A stretch of 64,000 nt of DNA from an uncultured Methanoregulaceae archaeon (GTDB lineage: Archaea > Halobacteriota > Methanomicrobia > Methanomicrobiales > Methanospirillaceae), in contig CAVRIL010000004.1 in assembly GCA_963721245.1 (NCBI GenBank), positions 6,110 to 70,109 on the forward strand, in the 5' to 3' direction. Below are positions 45,174-57,028 of the stretch, piece after piece. Numbering within the stretch: the first letter of the stretch is position 1; every line of letters starts with the position of its first letter. The position numbers and the translations under genes were made by a program. The notes below the pieces were generated by a model. The model saw only the letters and a program-made list of their open reading frames with translations, was not told the origin of the DNA and searched no databases.

Positions 45174-46147
45174 ATGAGTACCTATCCTGTCGGGTATACA
45201 ATCCTGAACACCCAGGATCTTTCACGAGGGCGACCGGTTATCATCGACGTCTGGTATCCTGCCATCCAGACTGCCCGGGAAACCCCGCACGATTATGGGC
45301 TTGGGCGTGGCCATGTTGCCGAACGTGCCCCGCCTGTTGCCGGTAGACTGAGGCCGGTTATTGTCCTGTCGCACGGAGCATTCGGCTCATCACGTAACTA
45401 TTCATGGATCGGTGAGTACCTTGCCGGGAACGGGTTTATCGTTGCTGGTGTATCCCACTTTAAGGAATCTCCCGTCTACGGCCCGGAGACGATCGATCCT
45501 GCGTCCGCTCTTCAGCCATGGCTCCGGCCGCAGGACTGCACCTTCGCGCTCGATTATCTTTTCAGCCAGTCGGAATTTCAGAAGATCGCAGATCCTCTAC
45601 GGATTGGTGCACTGGGGCATTCTTCCGGGGGCGCGACTGCAATTGCGCTCGGTGGAGCAGTCTTTGACCTTCATGCAATGCAGCAGTATTGCGGATCGGA
45701 TACCACGGAAAGGGACCGGGGATGTTTATATGCCCGGGGTACTGAACCGAGCCGCCGGAAGAGCCTGCCGGACAAACATCCTGTTACGATAAACGGATCC
45801 GGGTCATCGTGGCGCTCGATCCTGCGCTGGGTCCAGGCCATGACGCCGCCTCGCTCTCTTCAGTGTCCGTACCAGTCCACATTATCGGAGCAGTGCAAAA
45901 TGATTTTCTGCCATTCGAACATCACGCCGGCCGGTACGCGAGCCTTATCCCGGGAGCATCGCTGACCCGGCTCGATCATGGTGAGGGGCATTTCATCTTT
46001 CTCGATGTCTGCCATACGGGCATAGAGGCAAACACCGTCGCACTCTGCAAAGACCGGCCCGGCATTCACCGGGCAGAGGTCCATAGAAGACTCATGGGAA
46101 TAATCCGGAACTTCCTTGACAGACATCTGGAAATTCCAAAAAAATGA
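45174..46147 (+). CDS. Alpha/beta hydrolase (dienelactone-hydrolase-like; frameshifted)
   Basis: VWYPA, VLSHG, nucleophile elbow GHSSGG, ALDPAL, GHFIFL..C. Confidence 0.85.
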
Positions 46148-46194
46148 TGGGATCCCTGAAGGAATCCCGCCGATCCGGTCTGGTTCCGGTGTGG

Positions 46195-47601
46195 TCAATC
46201 CGTTCTTCTTATGTCCCATTCTGATTGCGTAGGGGGAACCCGGTTCCCCAGCTCCTGCAGCAGCAGTGCCTGGGTCACGATCATCCGTTCCAGTTCGCCA
46301 AGATCGACACTCTCGTTCGTCCCATGGATCCGTGAACGTTCGTTGTCCTCGCAACCCCAGAGGACAAACTCTGCCCCTGGTACGATCCGTTTCAGTTCGT
46401 TCAGGAGAGGGATCGACCCTCCGGCCCCGTTTTCCCGGACCGGCCTCCGGTATACCGCCTCCATGACCTTCCCCGCTGCTGTATAGCCATCCCCACCTGT
46501 GGGGGAGATGAACCCGGGAGAGGCGTGGAACCCGTCTATTTTCACCTTCACGTGCCAGGGGGTGTGAGCCCGCAGGTGTCCGGTGAGAAGGCGGAGCTCG
46601 TGCTGCGGGTCCGCACCCGGCGTAATGCGCATGCTGATCCGGGCACGCGCCTGCGGAATGAGAATATTTGCGGCGTCCCGGACGGCTGGTGCGTCGATCC
46701 CAATGACTGTGACGGAAGGGCTGGACCAGACACGGGAACTGATGGAACCCGTACCGATTGTGTCCACTCCTTCGATCAGGCCGGAAAGCCGCCGGTACAG
46801 GTCCTCGGGATATTCTGTTCCGGACCAGGGGTATGACTTGAGGCCGGTCACGGCAACTCTCCCCTTCTCGTCATGAAGGGTGGCAAGCATCTGGATGAGC
46901 GCTACCAGAGCATCGGGTGCCGGACCGCCGAATTCTCCCGAATGGACGGCATGGTCAAGAGTTGTTACGGTCACAATACAGGAGACCTCGCCCCGCAGGG
47001 TCGTGTTCAGGACCGGTTCACCGGCCACCATCTTTCCCATGTCCGTAATAACGAACAGGTCGCAGTGGAACAGGTCAGGGTGGGCATCGGCAAATGCCCC
47101 AAGGTGACTTATCGTCTCCTCCTCTCCCTCGATAATAACCTTAATGCCGACCGGGAACCTGCCCGAGAATGCCCGGATGGTACCCGCGATTATAGCAATC
47201 CCCGACTTGTTATCCGCAGCCCCCCTGCCGTACAGCCGCCCGTCCTTATCTACCGGAGTCCACGGGCCGGTATCCCATCCGTCTTCTCTCCGCGCCGGCT
47301 GGACATCATAGTGGGCATACAGGAGTACTGTAGGGGCTCCTGCCGGCGCCGGGACATCTCCGGTCACGGCGGGATAACCCCCGGGAATTTCGAGCAGACG
47401 GGCATTCACCAGACCGTAGCGCCGCAGGAGGTCTGCTGTCGCGTGTGCCATGCGCAGGACCGGTTCCGGAGGATATCCGGGAAATGCGACAGATGGTACG
47501 GTAATAAGTTCCTTGAGATCTCCTATGACATCGGGCAGGAATGAGCGGATATTCCTCTCCATTGCTTCGACAAGAGCGGGATCCGGGGTGCTGCCTTCCA
47601 T
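46195..47601 (-). CDS. M20/M25/M40 family metallopeptidase (dipeptidase-like)
   Basis: LLYAHYDVQP, LYGRGAADNK, IEGEEE, HSG.FGG, GGSIP, IHG.NES. Confidence 0.92.
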   Translation of the reverse strand: MEGSTPDPALVEAMERNIRSFLPDVIGDLKELITVPSVAFPGYPPEPVLRMAHATADLLRRYGLVNARLLEIPGGYPAVTGDVPAPAGAPTVLLYAHYDVQPARREDGWDTGPWTPVDKDGRLYGRGAADNKSGIAIIAGTIRAFSGRFPVGIKVIIEGEEETISHLGAFADAHPDLFHCDLFVITDMGKMVAGEPVLNTTLRGEVSCIVTVTTLDHAVHSGEFGGPAPDALVALIQMLATLHDEKGRVAVTGLKSYPWSGTEYPEDLYRRLSGLIEGVDTIGTGSISSRVWSSPSVTVIGIDAPAVRDAANILIPQARARISMRITPGADPQHELRLLTGHLRAHTPWHVKVKIDGFHASPGFISPTGGDGYTAAGKVMEAVYRRPVRENGAGGSIPLLNELKRIVPGAEFVLWGCEDNERSRIHGTNESVDLGELERMIVTQALLLQELGNRVPPTQSEWDIRRTD

Positions 47602-47934
47602 GATTAATCCGGATATATGGCGTTCCGGGCAGATGAACCCTTTTCAGGTTTTCCCTGCAATAAAGAAACCGTGGACGCCGGATCCCTAACAGAGCGATCT
47701 CACAGATAACATTTTTTGATACATTATTACCGTCGTAATTCGTGTAAACGGGATGAAAATTATCATGTTTAATGGTGATTCCGGTGAAAACACAGGGGCC
47801 GGAGAATGCCTGTTTTTATCTGAATCGGAGGCATCAGGATTACGTACGGATTCAGAACAAGAGAGAAAATGCTTTATAATTTTCCTATCAAGGTTACACC
47901 ATTCCTGTAACAGCGGGATGTGGAGAAGTCAGAC

Positions 47935-48555
47935 ATGGAGAAAAAACGTATTTTCCTCATTTTGGCAGTCCTGATCACTGCAACGATATTATGTGCGGGG
48001 TGTACAACCCAGAACCCGGCCCCGGTAACGCCGACACCGGTTCCATCCGTGACAACAGAAATGACCACTGCACCGGTGACCACCGAAGTAACAACAGTAC
48101 CGGTGACAACTGTAATAACCGTTACACCCACGAAGGCCGCCGGAACGACCATCATGGACGCTCTCGTGGCCGATGGCCGGTTTACTACCCTGGTCACGGC
48201 ATTGAAAGCGGCACAGCTGGATGGCAACCTCAGCGGGTCGGGTTCCTTTACGGTCTTTGCGCCTACTGATGATGCCTTCAAGAAACTTCCGGGAGGAACC
48301 ATCGATTCCCTTCTTAAGGACCCCAAGGGGCAGCTGACGGATATCCTGCTCTATCATGAAGTGAACCGGAAACTGATGGCAGCGGATATCATGAGAATGG
48401 GATCAATAAATACGATCGAGGGGCAGTCCCTCCTGGTCGGGGTCTCCAACGGCGTTACTACCGTTAATAATGCAAAGATTACTACCACGGACATAACCTG
48501 TAGCAATGGTGTGATTCAGGGCATCGATACCGTCCTTGCCCCGCAAACCAGTTGA
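47935..48555 (+). CDS. Fasciclin (FAS1) domain lipoprotein
   Basis: Lipobox CAGC, Thr/Val/Pro linker, FTTLVTAL, FTVFAPTDDAF, ILLYH, NGVI..IDTVL. Confidence 0.9.
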   Translation: MEKKRIFLILAVLITATILCAGCTTQNPAPVTPTPVPSVTTEMTTAPVTTEVTTVPVTTVITVTPTKAAGTTIMDALVADGRFTTLVTALKAAQLDGNLSGSGSFTVFAPTDDAFKKLPGGTIDSLLKDPKGQLTDILLYHEVNRKLMAADIMRMGSINTIEGQSLLVGVSNGVTTVNNAKITTTDITCSNGVIQGIDTVLAPQTS

Positions 48556-48780
48556 TCCCTCACCTTTTTTTTATACTAATGTTCCTCTGGTAAAAACCAA
48601 CTTCGTCTCGTACTGTATCAAGTGAAGGTCAGTTTCTGAAAAAATTGAGTCCTTTGTAGGGATCCTCCGGGGATGCCTGCCTTCCATTATCCGGCATCCG
48701 AAAATGATCTACTACGTTCAATGGTTTGTCAAGAGACTGCCCCGAGCACAGGCTGGTATTTTTAACGGTCAGAAAAGCAG

Positions 48781-49224
48781 TCAGAGAGGCCACCGGCACG
48801 GACACTCGCTCTTTTTGAGGGCCTGGCAACGGTTGAAGTACGTCTCTCCCCAGACCCAGGGCTGGTAGGTGCAGCACATCTCGGGTTTCACGAGATGGAT
48901 CCCGCAAATATACCTCATTCTGGATACCCGTTGAAGGAATGGGCAGACCGTGACATAGTCACCGCTGTCAGGGTTGTGCATCTCGACCGAGACCACATTC
49001 CCGAGATCTTCAGCCCGGAGGGCAGCCCCGTTTACCGCTGAACCATTTTCCATGAATGCCACAAACCAGCGCAGGATATCGGTCCGGCCCTGGTCGATCC
49101 ATACATAGAGATTCGCCATGGTCGGAGTAATGCCGGGACCGAAGATCCGGCAGCAGAGCCCGCACTGCTCACAGGGGTCATCTTCGGGTCCGTTCTCGTC
49201 CATGGGTGTCCATCCACTATTCAT
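48781..49224 (-). CDS. YkgJ family cysteine-cluster protein
   Basis: CEQCGLCC..CPFL..CGIH..KPEMC..Y. Confidence 0.85.
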   Translation of the reverse strand: MNSGWTPMDENGPEDDPCEQCGLCCRIFGPGITPTMANLYVWIDQGRTDILRWFVAFMENGSAVNGAALRAEDLGNVVSVEMHNPDSGDYVTVCPFLQRVSRMRYICGIHLVKPEMCCTYQPWVWGETYFNRCQALKKSECPCRWPL

Positions 49225-49561
49225 CCGGCATCTGGATAATAGTTCCGCGGAAAGAGGCAGGACACCCGGAGGACAATCCGGTCAAATACTGAAAAACCGG
49301 GATGTTTTATGCAGGAAAACTGCCCAGAAACCGGAGGATAAGGGTGCTTTTTTCCAGATATCCTGGTCTGTGTTTGCCATGTATTCCTGGTTCGCCGGAT
49401 GGAGAGAACCCGGCGGATATGACAGGGAGGCAAGGTCTTAATGGATATGCAGCCGTCGCTCCGGAAAGGGGGGGCGGTTGAAAGGCGTTAGTATTTGAGA
49501 AACGGGAGTCATATAGTACCAGGAAATCAGACTCTCACGTTCATCATTCCGGGTTGCATTC

Positions 49562-50222
49562 ATGAGCAGACTTCGCACCATGCTGGAATGGACTGCCATT
49601 CTCGTCACCTTTCTGATTATCGGACTTCTGGTCTTCTGGTTTTTCTTAACTCCGGGCATCCATCAGCCTTCGGGGCTTCCTGACGGAAATGGTGGTTTCT
49701 ACCAGACCCCGATCTCCCCGCCAGTGCAATTCACCAGAACCGTGGGCGAATGGCAGTTCACCTTCCCCTCATCCTTTTCCTATACGCTCGCCGGCAGGGT
49801 TGTCGGGAGGCACGAGTACCCCTCCGTGATGCCGGATGGTATCATCCCTCTTGATCTCGCGGTGGTGAACGGCGACCTGCTCAAGCCCGGCATGCTCTCG
49901 TTCTTCACCATCACGATGGGGTATCATACGCTTGAATACAGCTACGACGTTCCAAACTACACCGGTCTCACCGAGGAATATATCGACGAACACATCAGCA
50001 ACAACCATCTGCTCTTTCTGGATCCTGCACTTGAGACCGAAATGATGAAGGCGGAGGTCGGCAGTCTGCCTGATCATCAGGGGCAACCTGGTGGATATCC
50101 GAGGATCTTCTCCCTCCAGATTGTACCTCGCAAATACCAGCACGGTCAGGAACGATTCGTATCCTGCCGGCTGCGAGGTAATCCTCGTCACATCGTATAC
50201 GCCCGTCAGTTGCGGGAGTTAG
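49562..50222 (+). CDS. Membrane-anchored hypothetical protein (frameshifted)
   Basis: N-terminal TM, PLDLA.V.G, HISNNH; the shifted tail contains IRGNLVDI..STVRND..AGCEVILV. Confidence 0.65.
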
Positions 50223-50340
50223 GCCTGGACAGTGCATTATCCCTTCAGGATTCCTACCTGCCCGGACCTTCAGTTACCCCCAGATAAAGTCATAAATATC
50301 ATCACGGGTATCTGTTGTCATGATCAAAGGTGAAACTGCG

Positions 50341-50734
50341 ATGAAGATCTCCCTAGTACTTTCCGCATTATGCATGGTTGTTACTTAGCTTGTGTAGTGC
50401 GGGCTGCACATCCTCCCCCGGGGGGGCAGTCCCTTCGGTATCGCCGACGGGAGCAACTCCCGTTCTCGAAACAACCCCGGCCCCGACACTCTCGCCCATC
50501 TGCGAGTTTGCCAGCTGTCACGGTCTTGACCTTGCCTGCGGGCCAAATCCTCCTCAGGCCTGCACCGCGATCTACCAGTTAGGCGACAGGTGCCGCCAGT
50601 ACGCCTATTGCAGCAAAGCCAATGACACCTGCCAGCTGGTCACAACCCCGCAATTCGAGGCCTGCAGGAGTTGTATTGGAACATGTGGTGGTGCAGATCC
50701 GGCTGAGATATTCTCATGCGAGGAGAAGTGCTGA
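50341..50734 (+). CDS. Small 12-Cys lipoprotein (frameshift in the signal peptide)
   Basis: Lipobox SAGC, Pro/Thr linker, then 12 Cys in about 77 aa. Confidence 0.72.
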
Positions 50735-51143
50735 CGCATCGGGCACAACTGATAATGGCATTTACGGAAGAGCAGTTATAACCTCATTTTAGTGGGAGGA
50801 TGAGGCCCCCCCCTTTTTTTCGGATTCCCGGAATTTCTCGTATGGAAAACGACGATATTTTCTCTCGCAGCCCCCGGCTCGTGGTCCATCAGTGTCATCC
50901 TGTTGCGTGAGCTGCTGATGTTCTCTCTATCTATGTACCGGCCCACAGCGCACATACGTTCAACATGAAGATATACCTCAAAGGACGAGAGCCCTGTCCC
51001 GGATGGGTTAAGGACAGGGATTGTCTCACCGGCGTACCAGGTTGTCAGGCATCTGAAATCCCGGAAATGGTGGGGGATTTGAAAAAGATAGCTTACGTGA
51101 TCTTCCAGCCATCATTCGTGATTTTTACCTGTGGGAGGGGGAC

Positions 51144-52029
51144 CTAATATCCACCCCCACCCCCTGATCCGTAGTTCATGGCAGGTATTGTTGTCTGCTG
51201 AGTGATGGGCACCGTGGCCGGGGCCGCCGGGAGGAATCCGGTTACGTTTGCCACGTACCATTTGTTAATGAACCCCTGCCCGTTTGTCATACCGGGCCCG
51301 CTGTCACCGGTATAATAATAAAGGGGTTTTCCCATGAACGCCCACTGCTTCGCGCCGTCTGCACGGGTCACCGGAGTGAAGTCCGAGGGCTTCAGGACCG
51401 AGGGTGCAACAATGGTATTGGCCGAGAATGCCGGCCATGTTGCAATGCAGGTCCCTGAACAGGTACTTGTCCCGGTGCTGTCCTGGTTGAAGGTATAGAG
51501 TGTCCTTCCCAACTGATCGGTCAGGAATGCCCCCGCCTGGGGAGTACTCGCAATCATGACGGTGTAGTCCTGTTTTGCCACATACCAGGTCTTGAGCACA
51601 TTCTCGCCCCTGACATCTCCGGGGACCTTGTCATTCAGGAAATAGTAGAGCGGCCAGCCACGGTACGTTGTCTGTTTTGTCCCGTCAGTACGGGTGATCG
51701 AGGAGAAGTCAGCCGAAGCAAGCGGCGGGGACACCCGGATGGTGTCAGTATTGAAGATCGGCCAGAAATGGGTGCAGTTGGCTGCCGCGTAACAGGTACT
51801 TGCCCCGCTGGCAGGGATATCGGTGATGAAGAAATACAGTGTCATCCCCTTGGTATCGGTCAGGACCATACCAAGCGTGGTATCCATCGGTCTGACGGTA
51901 TCTGTGGCGGTTGTCGTCGGAATTGCCGTTGGCTGAGGGGTTGGCTGTACCTGTCTGCTGGGTACAGCCGGCAACAAGGAGTGCCGACATAACTACCAGC
52001 AGCAGGAAGAAAGGGGTCGTGATTTTCAT
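51144..52029 (-). CDS. COG4315 (Yx(FWY)xxD) secreted-repeat lipoprotein (frameshifted)
   Basis: Lipobox VAGC; two units of G.TLY.F..D..STC..C...WP..R.DG.KQ....G.PLYY...D..PG...G..WYVA. Confidence 0.85.
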
Positions 52030-52512
52030 ACAGTTCACCAGTAATACCCGTGAGTCACTGCTACTGGCATGATAAAGGTTGCGACACGTTTCAGATATTG
52101 GAACGATGTGACATCGGATTGACGTACATCCGTATGCCAACCATGACACAGAATCACCCGGGAAGAATCCCTTTCAACCCGGAAATAAAGGTTTGCCGGC
52201 ATCTTCGGCCTTATCCGGAAGGGGAGATCGCGTGTATCGACCGGTAAAGATACCCGAATGGTCTCTCGTTATCAAAACGGCGTGGTTATTGACCAAGGCC
52301 GTTATACCCCATTCACATTGAACAGTCCGGCACGGCCAACGTCCAAACCCTCTCCTGAGATCTGGTACACCAGATATCCGCAAGGTGCGGCCTTGTGTAA
52401 AATATCCTCCAGACATGCCGGACACAGGATAGGTATTTTGATAAAATAATCCATTATAAATGGATAATAAAAGGAACTGCACCTGTGCAGGAACCTTTGA
52501 AATGCTGGTACC

Positions 52513-53464
52513 ATGAATACGATTATCCAACTCCAGGACCTTTCCCGTTCGTTTGGCAGCAATTGTGCGATCAACGGCATCAGTTTCACCGTTGAGGAAG
52601 GAGAAGTATTCGGGCTTCTCGGGCCCAATGGATTCCGGGAAGACAACGCTCGTCCGTCTCCTGAACGGGGTGCTTGCCCCGACATCGGGGACAGCAATGC
52701 TGTTTGGCAGGGATGTAATGGTTGATGGGGCATACATCCGTGCACGGACAGGAGTCCTGACGGAAACCCCTTCCCTGTATGAACGCTTCACCGCGAAAAA
52801 GAACCTCTCGTTCTTTCGGCAGGTTGTATGGGATTCCCGATGCCGAACTGACCGGACGGGTCGACAGGATCCTCGCGCTCCTGGACCTTGCAGACCGGGC
52901 CGATGAACCTGTCGGGCGGATTTTCCCGGGGCATGAAGCAGCGGCTCGCCATCGCACGTGCCCTGATCCACGACCCGCAGATCATCTTCCTGGATGAACC
53001 GACCTCCGGTCTTGACCCCGAATCCTCGCGGCAGGTGGACGGGATCATCCGCGAGCTCGCATCCGATAAGGGAAAGACGATCTTTCTTGTGCACGCATAA
53101 CCTCAACGAGGCCCAGCACCTCTGCTCCCGCGTCGCGATGATCAACAAGGGAAGAATCCTTGCGCTGGGCAGTATCCGTGAACTCACGGAACGGCTCTGG
53201 AAGGCGCTACCGGTCGAGATGGAGTTCCTTACCGCCCCTCCCGAAGCAGTGATCAGGAATATCCGGGCGATTGACGGTGTCATTATCGACAGCATCAATG
53301 AAAATACCCTGACCTTCCGGGTTTCCGGAAACATCTCATTCCTTCCGGTGATCAGGACTGCCATGCACGGAATGGCGGGGAGATCTTCCGGGTCACTCCC
53401 CGGGATTATTCGCTCGAAGAGATCTATTTTGCCGTGCAGGAACAGGGAGGGATCGCCATCATGA
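52513..53464 (+). CDS. ABC-2 type exporter ATPase (frameshifted)
   Basis: FGLLGPNG(S)[30 protein letters not shown]. Confidence 0.88.
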
Positions 53465-54282
53465 ACTGGCAGATCATCCGGGCAATCGCGGAAAAGGATC
53501 TTGCAGAAGTACTGAATAACCGGATAGCGGTCTCCGGAGCCATCGTGCTGTCCGTGTCTTTGCAATTCTCTTTCCGCTCCTGATCACCCAGTTACCCGTT
53601 CTGACACAGGGCAGCAGCGACCAGTGCAGTCGAATTCGATACTCATCGCGGGAGCATCTCCCGCAGAACTCCAGGCCCAGCTGGCGTCACTCTCACCGGA
53701 ACAGCTCCCGATCGTCCTCATTCTCGGGTACCTTATCGCACCGCTCTTCCTGGTATCTGCCCCTGATGTTGTCCTGCATCATCGCCGCAGAAGCGTTTGT
53801 CGGGGAAAAGGAACGCAAAACCCTTGAAGCCCTCCTCTACACCCCAGCGACCGACGGGGAACTCTTCCTCGGCAAGGCACTTGCCGCACTCATCCCGGGG
53901 ATCGTGTACACGTGGGTGAATTTTGCGATATTTGCTGTCGTGACCAATACTCGGAGGTTATCCGGTCATGGGCAGGATCTGGTTCCCGACGGCCAGCTGG
54001 TGGGGACTGATGATCTTTGTCGTGCCGGCCGTGGCGCTGCTCGGTGTTTCAGCAACCGTCATCATCTCCACCACGGGTGAAGACCTTCATGGAGGCCTAC
54101 CAGGCCTCCGGCGTGCTGGTCGTCCTGATCATCATGCTGATGGTGGCACAGTCAACCGGTCTTCTGTTCCTCTCCCGGTTGTGTCCGGTACTCGTCGGGC
54201 TTGCCTTCTTGCAATCGACGCTGTGCTGATCTGGATCGGGATACGGATGTTTTCCCGGAGCGAACTGATCGCGAGGATCTAG
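53461..54282 (+). CDS. ABC-2 type permease (frameshifted)
   Basis: [34 protein letters not shown]; ATGA overlap with the ATPase. Confidence 0.82.
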
Positions 54283-54475
54283 CGATACCGGGCATCCATG
54301 TCGAAAAAGCAGTGTCTGCGTTGAGATTTTCCGGGCCTTTTTTGGATTATGCAGGTACACCGGACAATGTCATGTACGGATGCGAAATCGGATCTGATGA
54401 CCCCGGAATCGTTTTTTTCCCCGGTGAGCAGCTCAATGGATCAGATCAAAAAAGGGAAAAGAGTAGTATTTTTAA

Positions 54476-56665
54476 TCACGTGACTATGAACGTGCCGGTC
54501 ATTATTTCCGGATGTACATCGCAGCGGAAGAAGTAACTCCCCGGGGTTGACGGCGCAGTGAAGGTATAGGTCACGGTCTTCACGCCGGTCACGAGGTCAC
54601 CGGCAAAGATCTTGGTGGTCGCCTTGCTGTCTGTGTAGAGGGCGAAGTTATGCGGGACATTGAGGTCATTGTTGACAAACGTCATGACCACCGTGGATCC
54701 TGCCGGGACGGAGATTGTGCTCATGTCAAAGGCGATGTTTTTCGCCGTCAGCGTTACCGGGACAGTTTTTCCACCGGGAGGCTGGGCGGTCGTTGCCGTT
54801 GTAACCGGGGCGGATGCGGCGGTCACGGTAAAGTTACCGATCAGTCCCGCATTCGGATCGCTCCGGAAATAGTAGGTGCCGGGTGTTGCCGGAGCGGTGA
54901 AGGTGTAGGTCTGCAGTGACAGGTCCGGTAATAACCGGGCTCCGGAAAATTGCACCGCAGAACTTATTGGTGAGGGATAGAGCGCGAAGTTATGGGGGTC
55001 AAGATCCTGATCGTTGTAGGTAAGGGTGACCAGGGATCCTGCCGGAACCGAGAGGTCCGACGGGTTGAACTTGTCACCTTTGATCGTCAGCTGGATCGAC
55101 ACTGCCGGGCCACCCCCCATCTGCACGGTCGGTGTCGGGGAGAGTTTCGCGGTCGTGCTCACGAGCCCGGGGTGTTTGCCGGCACCATCTGCCAGATCTC
55201 GCCGGAACCCTGGGGGGTGAGCCCGGGACCACCGTTCTGGTTGATCAGGACGAGGACCTCGTGATTGTTGTCCTCGTAGAGCCCGCGGACAAAGGCATTG
55301 ATCCGGCCGTTCTGGTTATTCGCGACGGTCATCTTCCGGGTCGTCCACATCGCATTCTGTGCAGGCGTCAGCTTCGAGGCATCGTCCGGGAGTGTGGCGA
55401 GGTCAAGACCTGCCGGGGGCGTCGAAACGAGGAGGATCCCGTTTCCGGCAATCCTGCTTTCGTCGGACCATGTCCCGTAGATATATGAGCCCTGGAGTGA
55501 TGGCATCGCGGTGCCCCGGTAGAGAACCCCGCCGACGATCGTATCGCCGACATCATGACCGAGTTCAACGATCGGTCCGATCAGTGGTTGTCCGCTGTAC
55601 CCGGTTGTCGGACAGGGGCCGGCCGGGGGCGGGAAATCATTTGACGGATTGAAGCAGTGTGTACCTTCCCTGATATTCCACGGGTAATCCCCGCCTTTGT
55701 AGACAATAAGCACGGATTCGAAGAGTCGCTGGCCGGCCATGGCGATGAACATCCTGTGGCTCCCTCCGGAGTCAAAGGTGGCATAGGCCGGGTTCCTGAA
55801 ACCGAAGGCATATATCTCGGGAGGGCACTCGGATTCGACAGGAACGGGTTATCCGCAGGAATTGCGTAGAGCTTGCCCGGGCTCGTGTGGTCAATATCGA
55901 TCCGGATTACCTTGCCGAGGATCTTCGTGAGGTCCTGGGCATTACCGGTCCCGGGGGTGTGTCCCATCCCGGTATCGTCCGCCCGCCCTCCGTCCCCGAG
56001 GGGCAGGTAGAGGTACCCGTCAGTCGGGCCCGAAGAGAAGCGTCCCCCCGTTATGGTTCTGGTAGGGTTTGTCGACCTGCAGGAGGATCTTTTCTGATGA
56101 CATGTTTACCCGGTTTCGGGTCGGTGTCCGAGATCCGGAACTCGGAGAGATGGTTCGTGCAGCTCCAGTTCGGATCGACACCTGCCCGGAGCGGTGCACT
56201 GTAGTAGACAAACACCCTCCCGTTCGATGCAAACTGCGGGTGGAACGCGATGGAGAGCAGCCCCCGCTCGTCATAGGTCGGATCAATCTTGACCAGCCGG
56301 TCCCGGACATCAAGGAAGGGCTGGTCAAGGACCGTGCCGTTCATGAAGAAGATCTTCACGTACCCGGTCTGGTCGACCAGAAACAGCCTGCCGCTTCCGT
56401 CATGCGGATCCGCGATGGTGATGGGTGCGGTGAACCCGCCGGCAATGAATTTGAGGCCGACCGGCACATCCGGGGTATGCAGTTTTGTCAGGGAGGGATA
56501 GGTGGTGAAGGTCGCTGCTTCAGGAGAGTTCTGGTTGGTGAGATCGACGGTGCCAGCAGGAGTCGGGGTCGGTGTAACCGTCCCCTGCGGCCCGGCACAT
56601 CCTGCCATGGTCGCTGCAATGGCGACAATGGCAAGAAGAATCAGGATATGAGAAAAGTTCCTCAT
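54476..56665 (-). CDS. Glucose/sorbosone dehydrogenase-family lipoprotein fused to two C-terminal cupredoxin domains (frameshifted)
   Basis: Lipobox MAGC and GSDH motifs as in 25903-27426. ORF 54476-55162 lacks a signal peptide, starts with a Thr/Pro linker, and joins if one G is restored near 55165. Last domain has HNF..FRCDVHPEIM. Confidence 0.82.
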
Positions 56666-56782
56666 GACCCATCCATCTCCTTAGTATATTATAAAGATTA
56701 TGAGGACTTTCAGATTCCGGAACTCAAAAAGTCTGACAGTACCATTGTTATTGTCTTATCAGGACTTCCTCAGCAGGATGGT

Positions 56783-57028
56783 TCAGCTGCCGTTTTTTCC
56801 GGGATAGGCATATGTTGGGGCAGATCTCAGCATATGATGTACCGAAGGAGTCAGTATTGTCAGATGTTTCCTGCACTGTTTGCACGAGGCGATATGTGCC
56901 TTCTTGAAATGATCTTTGGCAGTTTTTGTTACAATGATATTTTCCAGTGCACATGCAGGACAGGTATACCGGATAACATAACCGGTCCTTGTGCCGGTAA
57001 TCTCGGGTTTCAGGGGATTTGTTGTCAT
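56783..57028 (-). CDS. Small zinc-ribbon protein
   Basis: CPAC and CKQC pairs in 81 aa. Confidence 0.6.
   Translation of the reverse strand: MTTNPLKPEITGTRTGYVIRYTCPACALENIIVTKTAKDHFKKAHIASCKQCRKHLTILTPSVHHMLRSAPTYAYPGKNGS

Noticed and set aside
48030-48130. Short tandem repeats (also 44390-44490) as a CRISPR or repeat array
   Set aside because: They encode Thr/Pro/Val linker repeats within lipoproteins and show no repeat-spacer structure
52174-53565. 463-aa minus-strand ORF and other long overlapping ORFs (7599-8411, 56069-57058, 60509-61282, 16491-17285)
   Set aside because: They are antisense shadows of well-supported genes in GC-rich DNA and have no recognisable motifs
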